Shown here in pieces: positions 1 to 11,106 of a stretch of 64,000 nucleotides of DNA. Source of the DNA: Callorhinchus milii (taxonomy: Eukaryota); the NCBI RefSeq assembly GCF_018977255.1, contig NW_024704742.1:126296001-126360000 (forward strand), given 5' to 3'. Under the pieces are notes generated by a model, which was given only the letters and a program-made list of their open reading frames with translations, searched no databases and was not told the DNA's origin. Positions within the stretch are counted from its first letter, which is position 1. Every line of letters begins with the position of its first letter. The position numbers were made by a program, and so were the translations under genes.

Positions 1-352
1 AATGAGAGAAAAACACACCCGAAAATAGATTAACGATATAATTCTTGATGGAACAATCCTTAATCCTTGCCGTAGCTAATTTGTCTTTTGTATGATGCCC
101 AATTATCCACATTGTTTGTTTACCCAAAGGGGCTAGTCGCAATTTTTGCAGATAATTGGCTCTTTACTGTATTCAATTCAGAATTCTGTACACCACCTTC
201 CCCTTAATAAATATCTGCAATTGTGCTATGGTGCTGTACTGCAAGAGTTCTGTAAAATATTCAGTTTTATTTTCTTCATGAAAGGATGTACATTTAAATA
301 TGGAAAATCAATAAATCAATAATATAGCAGTTTGAGATTCTTATTCTCCTAC

Positions 353-458
353 CTATGAAAATGTTATTGTTATACTGCCGTTGAAACAATGGAAGCCGGT
401 CTGGTTCAAGGTGAATGACAGGAACCTCTTGAGAGACAGAATCTTCTAGGGGCATAAA
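353..458 (-). CDS. MRPS30: MRPS30 (mL65) coding exon 3, 106 nt; gene continues off the left edge of the window
   Basis: Minus strand ttttttcag|TTTATGCCC...TTCATAG|gtagga. Encodes FMPLEDSVSQEVPVIHLEPDRLPLFQRQYNNNIFIG, similar to the vertebrate MRPS30 segment FVPLDYSVPIEIP..KPDKLPLFKRQYENHIFVG as I recall it. Phase-0 start fits the end of exon 2. Confidence 0.92.
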
Positions 459-873
459 CTGAAAAAAATGAGAATAATGAGCTTTATTATTAATAAATAA
501 ACAAACAAGCAAGGCACATTTCAAATTAGCATTTCAGAACTCAATAATGCACACCACTTTAAAAGTCAATTAAACATTTGATATTAACCATCTAGTTATC
601 CCAGTGTACACAAAGGCTTAAGGGATAGAAATCTTCAAAGATGAAAGATTTTTTTTCCAGAAGGCAATAATTTGTATGTTCATATTTTATTGCTCAACAG
701 AGGATAATTCTGTTATAACCTAGTTATGTAGGTCCAATATCTCAAACCCATATTATGAGGAGGCACAATAGCATTTTTGGTGCCCAGGAAATAACACCAG
801 TAACGCTTTCTGTAGCTAGTCTTCAGAAAGCAACTTCAACAGCAACCTGACAACCCAGAAGATAATAATGAAT

Positions 874-1180
874 AATAGAATAATAATCCTTGCATTTGAT
901 ATAGCGCTTTCGCATCTTCTAGACGTTTCAAAGCACGTCACAGAATATACTGTAAATTGAATTGACTGTATATTTTGTGTGCGAAACACAACAGCCAATT
1001 GCACACAGCAGTGGCCCACAAACAATCGTGGATTGAATGACCAAATTCTTATTTATTTCCTTTTTTGAAGGGATTATTATCCCCGGAAAAACGATCCACA
1101 AATCAACTACCATCCAGGTTCCTACTTACTGCTAGGTAAGCAGAGGCATGTGGAGTAAGGAGCCCAATGTTTTGCCCTGC
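874..1180 (-). mobile_element. tRNA-derived SINE, long variant, lacking the tRNA head (MRPS30 intron 2)
   Basis: Reverse complement of the family tail (taataatccttgcatttgatatagcgc...) plus the internal ...ggttcctacttactgctaggt... segment shared with the copies at 5886, 20960 and 52436. Confidence 0.8.
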
Positions 1181-1798
1181 CAAAAATAGCACTTTTCACA
1201 CAAGGACGTCTCAAAAATCTTCACAGGATTTGCTGCAAAGTGTAGTGACTATGTATTTTGTAGGTAACCATAGTGGCCAATTTCACACAGCAATGTCCTA
1301 CAAATCGCCATTAACCAAAGAACATGCAAACTACACAGAAAATTAAACATTCATATAAAAAACTCACAAGAACATGAGACGAAAGGTTCATCTATCTTAT
1401 GCTCTTGTGCAGATACCAAATGTTAAAACAAGTCACGAATAGATGTGTTGATTTAGAACTAAGATACACAATATTGGAGTCATTATTTCTTAAAATAAAC
1501 ATATTCTGAAGGCTGCCCAAACAAATTAAAACTGGTCAGCTAACATGGCACATTTTCAGCAGAACTTTGAGCAGGTTACACTCCATCTCCTCAGCAACCC
1601 CTTCAAAGCATGGTCGAGATTAACAAACAGAAGAAACTGTGATGTTTACAACTGCTTCCATTTCCCTTACTGGTTATTAATTTGTTCTAACATTTACAGT
1701 TCCTGAAGAAAGCTTCATGAAAGCATCATCATATTAACAATTAAATATGGGCATCACTAACCATTGCCCAGAAATTGTTTATTATGGTTGGAACCCAA

Positions 1799-1960
1799 AC
1801 AACAACAACAACATTTCATTTATAGAGCGCCTTTCACGTCGGGAGGACGTACCAAGGCGCAGGACCCGAGCAGTGAGGAAATGGTCAGGGTGAGGGGAGG
1901 GAAGGGAGGGAGCGAGGAGGGGGTAGAGTCGAGAGGGGAGCTGAAGGCACGGTTGAAGAG
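1799..1960 (-). mobile_element. L2-clade LINE 3' end (young)
   Basis: (CAA)n tail plus atttatagagcgcctttcacgtcgggaggacgtaccaaggcgc; homologous to the L2 3' end at 55035-55357. Confidence 0.75.
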
Positions 1961-2037
1961 AATTGTTACACCTCAATTATAGTTTCTCACTGTAATTTTG
2001 TATGAAGTTCTTAAGATGGCTTAATTGAAATCATTAC

Positions 2038-2183
2038 CTCTGGGAGCGGTTTGGGAATTCGAATTTGACAGTGAGGTTTGTCATCAATCTGGAAGCGAAT
2101 CGGGTCTACTCTCCCACCTCTATGCCCTCGAGGGACAGTTCGTTCCCCACGCAGCCAGTAAAAGCCCACTTCTGGTTCAAAAT
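2038..2183 (-). CDS. MRPS30: MRPS30 coding exon 2, 146 nt
   Basis: ttttcag|ATTTTGAACC...CCAGAG|gtaatg. G from exon 1 plus AT gives Asp, then [48 protein letters not shown], matching the MRPS30 FYW.RGE..PRGHR.GR.D..R.QIDDKP..QIRI motif. Confidence 0.93.
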
Positions 2184-2384
2184 CTGAAAAACAGGGAAAC
2201 AATTTCTCAAACACAAGAAATCTTTCAGTTGCATCTGGCTCTTCTTGAATATTAGTCCACCTCAGTTTGCAAAGACAGTTAAAAAATAATTTACATGACA
2301 AATACTGTATTACAGTTCAGAGATTAATATGAAATGCTTTAGTTCGATGTCTTTCAACTGGAATTTTATGCTAGTGTGAATTGT

Positions 2385-2990
2385 AGTAATAATAATAATA
2401 ATCCTTGCACTTGATGTGGTGTAGTGCCTTTCACATCTGGAGAACATCCCAGAGTGCTTCATGGGATATATATTGTAAAGTGGAATGACTATGTTTTGTG
2501 GACCAGCGTGGCATTTGTGCAGAGCAGAAGTGCCTTGGGACATCCTCTCGATGTGAAAGGCGCTATACAAATGCAATTTTTGTTATTATTGTTGTGCTCC
2601 ACAAACAGCCACGAAGTGAATTATCAACTTTTATTTGGGGACTTGCTGGCCAGGACACCAGGGGAAATTCACTCTTTTGAAACAGCGCCATGGGATTTGT
2701 AATGTGAACAGGCAGACGGGGCCTCGGGGAGGAAGTGCTGCATTTTTGGAGCTGCCATCTTTCGGATGAGACACTGAACTAGAGCGTGCGACTCCGCTCA
2801 GCTGGACTTTAAAGATGTCATGGCATTGTTCGAACAGAAGGGAGTATTATAGTATTTGGTATGACTGTATAACAGTCACTTGCATTGGCCACAGCAACTT
2901 TCACATCAGGACATCTCAAAAGTGCTTCATGGGATTTACTGTTAAGTGCAGCGATGGCACCTTTAGGCACTTTGCTCACAACATTGTTCC
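2385..2990 (-). mobile_element. Cluster of degraded Deu-type SINE fragments in MRPS30 intron 1
   Basis: SINE tail ataataatccttgcac and Deu-like ccacaaacagccacgaagtgaat...ggccaggacacc...gcgccatgggat segments; mixed orientations. Confidence 0.6.
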
Positions 2991-3249
2991 ACATACAGCT
3001 ACGACGCGAATGATCAACTTTATGTGGGTGGTGGGTGGTGGGTGGGGGAGAGAGAGAGGTGATGGCAAGGACATGGGGTACTGCATTGTCGCTGATGTTT
3101 GACATTGCAGTCGGGGAGTGTCAGTCAGATGGTCCCCTCCAAACGTTGTCAGATTGGGCGGTTTTTATGTTCCACTGTGCTTGAAAGCACAACTTTGGGC
3201 GGATGGGCTATTTTTGTGCCCCTCTGAAGACCCCTTTCTTACGCATTTT

Positions 3250-4850
3250 CAAAAGCACTGACCTAAATTGACTAAAAGTGCTGCCCACGGGAGGCCACGC
3301 GTAATATTGGGCTACTTCGGGGGCGAGTATCCGGTTGACTCTGGGCCTCACGCGGTGCTTTTGACTTTCTGGGGCAAACCCTGGTCCTTACCCAGAGTGC
3401 CGACCCCGAGCAGCGGGTTGTGGGGGGTCAGAGTGCTGCTGAGGGTGGACACCAGGTTCCTGAGGAAAGGCAGCGCCGACTGCGCCCTCTGCTTGAACAC
3501 AAACGGCTGCCTCTTCTTCAGGTAGAAGCGCTCCTGCAGGATGGCGTGACAGACCAGCGACTTGAGGCGACTCAGGTCCGGGCCAGCGCTGCCGCTGTCG
3601 CCCTCGGCCGGGCTGGGGGCGAGAGCCGGGGGCAGGCCCGGGACGAAGGCGGTCTTGGTGAAGTGCTGGTACCACCGGTCACCGTTGATCGCAAACGTCT
3701 GGGGATACACGACATACTTGAGCCTCTGGAATGCGGTCAGGAGTCGGATCTTCTCAACGGCCGAAGGGGCGGCGTGAACCTTGTCATAGTACTCCTCCTG
3801 CCTCCGCCTCTTGGCCGACTTGCTTTTGGCTGTTCTGGAAGGCACGAGCGGCGGGTATTTGGCGACGGCGGCGGCGCCGTCAGCGACAGGCGGCTGCCGA
3901 GGGGCCTGGGCCGCGCTGTCGCTCACGAGCCGCGCCGCCTCCCGGCCTCCGACGAACGGTCGGCGTTTCAAACGCGCCGCGAGCTGCAACGGCCACTGGC
4001 CGCGCGCCGCCATCGCTGCCGCTCGGGTCAACCTAACCTCGTCACGTCACCCTGAGCGGCGGCCGAGCGGACCAATCATGGCGCAGTCGGAGGGGCGGGG
4101 CTGGGGCTCGTGCTTCAACTAAATTAGGTTTACCCCGAGCGATGAACGTCGGCGCCGGATTGGGCGGGTTCACGCCCAATTGGGCGGGTTTTTGTTGTGC
4201 GGGGGGGCAAAGCAACTTTAGGCGGTGTTTTTTTTAATGTCGGGCTACTTTTGGGGCTACTAATTGGGTCGGCTTGGGCTACAAAGAGGACGTGAACTGC
4301 CGTCCGTGCCGCGGAGTGACCGTGTTATTTTTTTGGGTCCCGTGTGGGAACGGAGCAACGTGGACCGATTGCTTTCTGGCGCCGGCCTGAGCCGCTGAGC
4401 GGGGCCCGTGGGCACGCGGACGACTCCCGGCGGTGATGCTCGCATCAAGATGGCGGTCGGTTTGGGGGCACGAGCTCTCTCCAGAGAAGGTCATTGAGCA
4501 GAGACCGGATGGATCTCTGGAGAAGCTCGTTGAATTTAATGAGAGATGATGACGATGATGATGATGAAGATGATGATAATCTGTGCGTTTGATGTAGCGG
4601 CTTATCACGTCTCCGAGATTTTTAGAGAAGGTCATTGAACGGAAAGCGAGAGAGAGAGAGAGCGATCCTCAGAGAAGGTCAAAGGACCTATGAGCGATCG
4701 CCAGAGAAGGTCATTGAACAAAGAGGGGTCTATCCCCAGAGAAGGTCACAAACGTCACAAGATTGATTTGAGAAATATTCCCAGATAGGGAGGGAGCGGG
4801 CGGGGAGGGGAGGGGGAGAGGGGAGCGGGGGGTGGGGGTACGGGAAAGCT
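3250..4850. promoter_or_regulatory. CpG island / TATA-less housekeeping promoter of MRPS30
   Basis: Sharp rise in GC and CpG relative to the AT-rich flanks. CCAAT at ~4072, GC box GGGGCGGGG at ~4092, repeated ATTGGGCGGG at ~4159 and ~4179, YY1-like CAAGATGGCGG at 4446-4456. Confidence 0.8.
3392..4013 (-). CDS. MRPS30: MRPS30 coding exon 1 (ATG at 4013; 622 coding nt) with an Arg-rich mitochondrial targeting-like N-terminus
   Basis: MAARGQWPLQLAARLKRRPF...YPPLVPSRTAKSKSAKRRR...EKIRLLTAFQRLKYVVYPQTFAINGDRWYQHFTKTAFVPGLP, recognisable as MRPS30. Donor CTGG|gtaagg at 3391 is phase 1, matching exon 2. Confidence 0.93.
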
Positions 4851-4956
4851 AATTATAATGGAATGAATTGTGCGAGGTCGACCGGAGGCAAAAAATGGCA
4901 AATGTTCCATTGAGAAATAAAGGAAAATTAATGAATAAAATTAATCAATGAATGCA

Positions 4957-5277
4957 TAATAATAATTATAATAATCCTTGCATTCGATATAGCGCTTTTC
5001 ACGTCTTCTAGACGCCTCAAACCACTTCACAGAATATGGTGTAAAGTAAATTGACTGTATATTTGTGGGCAAACGCGGCAGCCAATTGCGCACAGCAATG
5101 ACCCACAAACAGTCGTGGATTGAAAATGACCAATTTATTATTGTTTTGTTTTGGAGGGATTATTATTAGGCTCTGTGTGGAGTAAGGAAACTTGCCCAAG
5201 GTTTCGCTCTGCCTGGAATTGAACTCAGGTCTCTCGCTTGCAAAGCGAGTGCTCTAACCACTGAGAAACAGGACTCC
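4957..5277 (-). mobile_element. Full-length tRNA(Ala-like)-derived SINE, short variant
   Basis: The reverse complement begins GGAGTCCTG..CTCAGTGGTTAGAGCACTCGCTTTGCAAGCGAGAGACCTGAGTTCAATTCC (box A, box B, TGC anticodon-like loop) and ends in an L2-like tail with (ATT)n. Confidence 0.9.
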
Positions 5278-5522
5278 ACGAGGAGTCCACAGGGAGATGA
5301 AGGGAAAATTGCAGCTAAGGAAAAGAGAAGGGGGTGGGGAGGGGGCATGCGGTGGGGGGGAGTGGGGGTTCCTCACAGTGTCCTGGCCAACAATCCCCCA
5401 AATAAAACTGCTGTGTGCAAACTGTCTGCTGCGATTTGCCCACAAAATACACAGTCACAGTATATCCTGTCTATCGCATTGAGATGTCTTGACGACATAA
5501 TTAGCCACTATAACAAATACAA

Positions 5523-5879
5523 GGATTATAATTATTATTGAACCCACAACCTTCTGACTCAGAGGTGAGAGTGTTATCGAAACAGGCTGACATATGTTAT
5601 GTTAATAAATAATAAATAGTTGAGCTAAATTCATTTCATGGATTATTTATTTCCTTCAATCACATATTATATAAAGAGAGCACACTCATAAGATTGTAAC
5701 GTGATGATTATTATTATGAGCCCACAACCTTCTGACTCAGAGGTGAGAGTACAATTGAACCAGACTGATGTATTTTATATTAATAAATATTAAATAGCTG
5801 ACTAAAATTTAATTCATGGACTATTTTATTTTCTTCAATCCCAAGTGGTATAAAGAGAGCACACTCATAGGATTGTAAC
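5523..5879. repeat. Tandem duplication of a ~180 bp unit (SINE-head fragment plus AT-rich flank)
   Basis: cccacaaccttctgactcagaggtgagagt...ataaagagagcacactcata.gattgtaac occurs at ~5523-5700 and again at ~5705-5879. Confidence 0.8.
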
Positions 5880-5885
5880 TATAAA

Positions 5886-6244
5886 ATAATAATAATCCTT
5901 GCATTTGATATAGCACCTTATCACATCTTCAAGACGTCTCAAAGCGCTTCACAGAATATACTGTAAAGTGAATTGACTGTTTTATGGGCGAAATGCAGCA
6001 GCCAATTGTGCACAGCAGTGTCCCACAAACAGGTGTGGATTGAGTGACCAAATTTTTTTTTTTTTGAAGGGATTATTATCCCCGTAAAACCAATCCGCCA
6101 ATCGAAAAACAACTGGGTTCCTACTTACTGCTAGGTGAACAGAGTCGTGTGGAGTAAGGCAACTTGCCCAACGTTTTGCCCGGAATCAAATCCACATCTC
6201 TCATTTGCCAGGCAAGCGCTTTAACTACTGACTTACAGGACTCC
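5886..6244 (-). mobile_element. Full-length tRNA-derived SINE, long variant
   Basis: Tail at 5886 and head ...actgacttacaggactcc at 6244. Carries the extra central segment gggttcctacttactgctaggtgaacagag. Confidence 0.85.
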
Positions 6245-6248
6245 AAAT

Positions 6249-6701
6249 GATTGAGTGGATGGAGAGGCTGGACTACGGGGAGCAATTCGATATACTGGGC
6301 ATCTTCACGCTGGAGAAGAGAAGGTTGAGGGCGGTATGATTGCAGTCTTTAAAGATTCTGAAGGGACTAGATAATGTAGATCATGAAACACTGTTTTATC
6401 TTGTACTGAATAGCAGAACCAGAGGACACGGCCTATGATTGAATGGGGATAAATTCAGAACAAATCTGCGGAGACACTACTTCAGTGAGCAAGTAGTAAA
6501 CTTATGGAACTGACTCCCTCGGGAGATCGTGGAAGTAGAAAGTGTTGTTTGTTTCAAGCACAAATTAGATAGATTTCTGCTAGAAAATAATATCTCGAGA
6601 TGCAGATACGACATGTCAAGCGACTACCAGGCTGGTTGGAAGGCGAACTAGATGGACCTTGGTCTTCTTTCGCCTAGCAAATTCTTATGTTCTTATGTTC
6701 T
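6249..6701 (+). mobile_element. CR1 LINE 3' fragment (RT C-terminus plus 3' UTR)
   Basis: Degenerate LEKRRLR...MIAVFKILKGLDNVD...SRTRGH...VVNLWN coding remnant and terminal (TTCTTATG)n repeat typical of CR1 ends. Confidence 0.85.
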
Positions 6702-7459
6702 AAATAAGTCTCCTCTTGTCTGTTGTGCCTGACCAGGAAGCCAATTTTTTTAAAAATCTGATTATATTTCTGATTGCCGTAGAATCAAATAATTTATATC
6801 TCAAAAGGACATGTCTACCCAATAACCGTTTCCAATACAGTACCATAAAATTGAAGTACAGTGCAGCTTTTAACATGACCACCTGAGGTCACTATCAGAC
6901 TAAATAAAATCCAAATCGCTTTCCAGCCATGAGAGAGCAACATGGTCACAGGATCACAAGAGAGGTTTGGATGAACAAAGCTGTTCACTCTGTTTGACCT
7001 CATCCTTCCACAATACTCACCCCACAGTCATTGGATCACAGCATCAAGCTTTTTTTTAAATGAATCCACAGTCCTCAATCAACCTCTCTGTTAATCTGTT
7101 CCAGTCGTTAATTACCCTCCGGGTATTGAAATACGTCCTGGTGCCTTTCCTGAAATTGCCCTTTACTACTCCAAATCTGTATCCTCATGTTCTGCTGGCT
7201 CAGTTGATTGCGTCCACTGTTAAATATGCCATGTTGAGCCAACTATGGAACTGCTGGGGATAGAGAAGCCTCCACTTGGCATAGAATTGTTGCTAAGATA
7301 AGTAGCAACTGTCTGTACCTATACTATGCTCATGCAATTGATAGATGCCAGTTCCTCAAGATGTCCGTTGATATGTGCGAGCCTAGAAAATCGGTTCCCT
7401 GTCAGGTTTCTGATGCTCTATTATTCCTACCATCATTTTACAGGAGAACTGCTGTAGAA

Positions 7460-7860
7460 CAACAACAATTTGCACTTATATAACGCCCTCCATACAAGGT
7501 GGCACCTCAGAGCACTTAACAGTGGCAGAGCTCAACTCTGAGCCAGGGCAGGGGGTAGGTAGCCGTAAGCAGGGTCGGAGAGGAAAGTTTTCAGGCAGGA
7601 CTTGAAAGAAGGGAGAGAGGGGATAAGGCGGAGGAATTGAGGGAGAGTGTTCCAGAGTTTTGGGGCGTAGTGGCTGAAAGCACGATCTCCGATGTTGGGG
7701 TGGAAGGTGCGAGGGACGAGCAGGAGGCCGGTGCCAGTCGAGCGGTGGCACCGAGTGGTGGATTGGGGAGTGAGGAGGTCGGAGAAGTAGGGAGGTGCCA
7801 GAGAGTAAATGGATTTGAACACGAATGTGAAGATCTTGAAGTCGATTCGTTCGGTGGTGG
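7460..7860 (-). mobile_element. L2 LINE 3' fragment
   Basis: ORF 7532..7822 reads APPYFSDLL...GDRAFSHYAPKLWNTLP...SFKSCLKTFL, the typical L2 ORF2 C-terminus; (CAA)n tail at ~7458. Confidence 0.85.
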
Positions 7861-7984
7861 GGAGGATTTTGGTTTCTCATACCACCCAGTCTACAGCTTA
7901 CATTTGATTGTTGGTAGGAGACAACATCACAAACATTTTTTATACCAGATGGCAAGAGAAATAAATATATCAGGTTTTAACAAT

Positions 7985-8381
7985 AAAATAATCTTTGCAT
8001 TTGCTCTAGTAACTTTCACGGCTGAAGGATGTTTCAATGCCCTTCACGGGGTATACTGTAAAAAAAACATGGCAGCTAATTTGCACACAGCAATATCCTG
8101 CAAATAGCCATGAAGTGAATGAACAGTTTTATCTGGGGGATTATTGGCCAGAACAATGAGAAGTACACCCTTTTTCTTTTGAATCGTGCCACTGGATCTT
8201 CAACATCCACCTCAACAGACAGTTTAACATCTCATCTGAAGGTCAGAACCTCCAACACTGCAGTACACCTCAGCACTGTACTGAATTGTACAGACTATAA
8301 GAGTTCCATATCCAGATGTGTGGCTTGAAGTCACAACCTCTGATTCAGAGACGAGAGTTCTACCACTCGAGCCAGGCTGAC
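7985..8381 (-). mobile_element. Deu-domain tRNA SINE (SacSINE1/AmnSINE1-like), degraded
   Basis: Reverse complement of the head gtcagcctggctcgagtggtagaactctcgtctctgaatcagaggttgtg, followed by Deu-like body and L2-like tail. Confidence 0.7.
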
Positions 8382-8656
8382 ATGCACAGCTTTGATGCCA
8401 GAATCAGAAGAATGAATGGATGTGTGGTCCAAATCTCATTATAAGTTGTGAAGGCACAACACTGAATAAAAATAATAATAAAAATAAATCCTTGCCTTAT
8501 TGAATTTTGTTGCTTTTTATCAATCCTTCATTTAAACTCTAATGTGGACACTGCACATTTCTGGTCTTACTGAAAGATCAGATGTTCTAAACATGGTACA
8601 GATATTGAGCTATAATACTGTATAATCTTTCCATTTGCTTGCTAAACAGCCTCTGG

Positions 8657-9065
8657 GTCAGTTTGGCTCAGTTGGTAACTCTCTTGCCTCTAAGTCAGAA
8701 GATTTCTTGTTCAAGCCCCATGCTGGGACTTAGAACCCATAAGGTTACACTGACACTGCAACGCAGGCCTGGGGGTGTGCTGTGTTGTCAGAGATGCCAT
8801 TCTTTGGATGAGACGTTAAACCATGGTCCTGTTTTTGTCTGTTCAGGTTGAAGTTAACAATCACATGGCACTAATCAAAAAAAATGGAATTTTTCCTGAT
8901 GGAGTGGCCAGCAATCCCCAAATTAAAACTAGTCATGGCTGTTTGTGGGAATTTGCTGTGGCATCATACACAAAATACACACAGGCACACCACAGGCAGT
9001 ATATTCTGTGAAATGTTTTGAGACATCGCAATGACGTGATAAAGTGCTATAAAATAATAATAATC
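8657..9065 (+). mobile_element. Deu-domain tRNA SINE
   Basis: gtcagtttggctcagttggtaactctcttgcctctaagtcagaag...gttcaagcccc head; ...tttggatgagacgttaaacc...gttcaggt...atggcact... body. Confidence 0.75.
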
Positions 9066-11106
9066 CTTAATAATAATCCTACTGTTCATGTGAGACACTT
9101 GAACCCTGCAATTAGTAATGTGAAGTCGGACTCTGAACTCTTTACTGGTATCAGAACAGCTGGAAGAAAATAACATTGGGCAGAAATTCCCCATGCCATT
9201 AAGTGTAGTCACATCCACAATGTTCACTAATTTGCCTAGTCAATGTAGCTACACTTAGAAATATATTCCTCAATTACTGGTTGGAAACCAAATTCCAGTT
9301 ATTCCTGTGGCAATAACTACAGTCAGTGGGTTCCAGGGGCATCTTGGCTAAGGTGCTCCACCAGATGGTGCACTTAGCTTGGCAGACTGCACAACATTTG
9401 CAGTAATTTCAACATTTATAAGAACAGATGGGCACAACAGCTGTAATAGTTCAAAGAGCAGCTGCAGAAACAGATTGTGTAACTGCAGGCTGTCCACAAA
9501 CTCAGAGCACCTATCTCTGAACTTTAATGGCAATGACATCTCCTTAACAGGTCTCAGTACTCTCGAAATAGACTTCATTTAGCACTGTAATAAAAGGTAT
9601 GATGTTAAAACTTGTTAGTTAATTTGACTTCGGTAAAGAAGGTGTATGAAAAACAAGCAATTTCGTAATGGTGGCTTTGACGTAAAATGAAGCCACATCT
9701 TAAAATAATCATTGATGTAAGCTGGAACTTCTGTCATTATATTATTAATTTTGATCGTGGCATTCCATTTTACAGGGTTTTTCATTTAAAATTGTGGTGT
9801 TTTCTCTCATAATGTTAAGAATATAGCTAGTAATAATAGCTGCAAATTCTTAATTGTGCCTCCAAAAACAGTCATTGAACTTTACAATAAATTCTGCAAT
9901 GTGTTTGAGACATCCTCCCAATGTGAAAAGTGCAATATTAAGTGATCATTATTATTTTATAAATAACTTTGGATCTTAGATTTTGAACTGAGTGTTCATA
10001 AAATGTCCAGTACCTTTTTTAAAATGTTTTCTTTGTCTATTTATAAAAACCTGTTTAAACCTTCCTTTTATTGAATTTGTATTTGTTCCCAACATGGCCA
10101 GGTGAATTGTAATAGGGTAGTTGCTAAGATGAAGACAATACATTGATCCATTTCATGATATACAGCACTAGAAGACATGTTATATTTTGTGGCAGCAAAG
10201 TAATTCATTAATAATAAATACTATTCCTTAGATTGATCTACTGTTTACGGCATTGAAATATCTTGAAATGAATCTCTGTACATTTGTAGTGACTGTGTAC
10301 TTGAAGGCAAATGCTGCAGCCAATTTGTGCACAACATTGAATCCCTTTCTTTGCATTTTAATAACTGTTTGCTTGTTGCTTTTGACAATGTCTTCTTCAC
10401 TGATAGAATACTTCTTAGATGCCAAGGCTCAGATCACCTTTGTCAAAATTGCAGTCCAAAGGTTGTAAAACAATTTTCCTAAACTTTAACAATCATTAGC
10501 ATATGGATTTGAGGAGATTCTATCATTTAATCTTTGGTGCTTGATGCAGTTTTATCCTTGTCACTCTAGCCCGCACCCCCCCAAAAAAAAAAAAAAAATT
10601 GGTCACTTCAATCCATGATTGTTTGTGGAATACTGCTGTGCGCAATTGACTACCGTGTTTCGCCCAGACAATATACAGTCAATTCACTTTACAGTATATT
10701 CTGTGAAGTGCTTTGAGACATCTCGAAGACATGATAAGCCGCTATATCAAATGCAAGGATTATTATTATTACCGACAGATAATTTGGTATAGGGCCTTAT
10801 CATGTCAGAAGGACGTCTCAAATTGCTTCATAGGATTACTGTGAAGTGGAGTAATTGTAATTGCAAATCTGACAAAGGTCCTGTAACTCAGGTTGTTTTT
10901 CCTCTGGGCAAACCATTCCAGCTATCTCATTTTTTCACAAAATCACAAGATTGGCATCGGAAAGCTCTTCAGCCCATCTGATCCCATCCTTTCAGAATTC
11001 CCAGCCTACTGTCCTCCCATCACAGTATCAAGCTGTTCTTTTTTAAATGTGTCCATTGTACAAATGTGGCCTCCACCACCCTTCCTGGTAAAGCTTGATT
11101 TGTAAA

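Noticed and set aside
3348..4031. The 227-aa ORF as a complete single-exon protein
   Set aside because: It starts at TTG; the real start is the ATG at 4013. The last residues read through the splice donor at 3391 into intron 1.
3420..4122. Plus-strand ORFs of 211, 101 and 103 aa overlapping MRPS30 exon 1
   Set aside because: Antisense shadows of a GC-rich coding exon, with no recognisable homology.
4676..4689. Canonical estrogen response element
   Set aside because: AGGTCA-aa-GGACCT has the wrong spacer and a mismatch relative to AGGTCAnnnTGACCT.
9348..9582. Overlapping 76/67-aa ORFs in non-repeat DNA
   Set aside because: No recognisable domain or convincing splice context; the length is within chance expectation.
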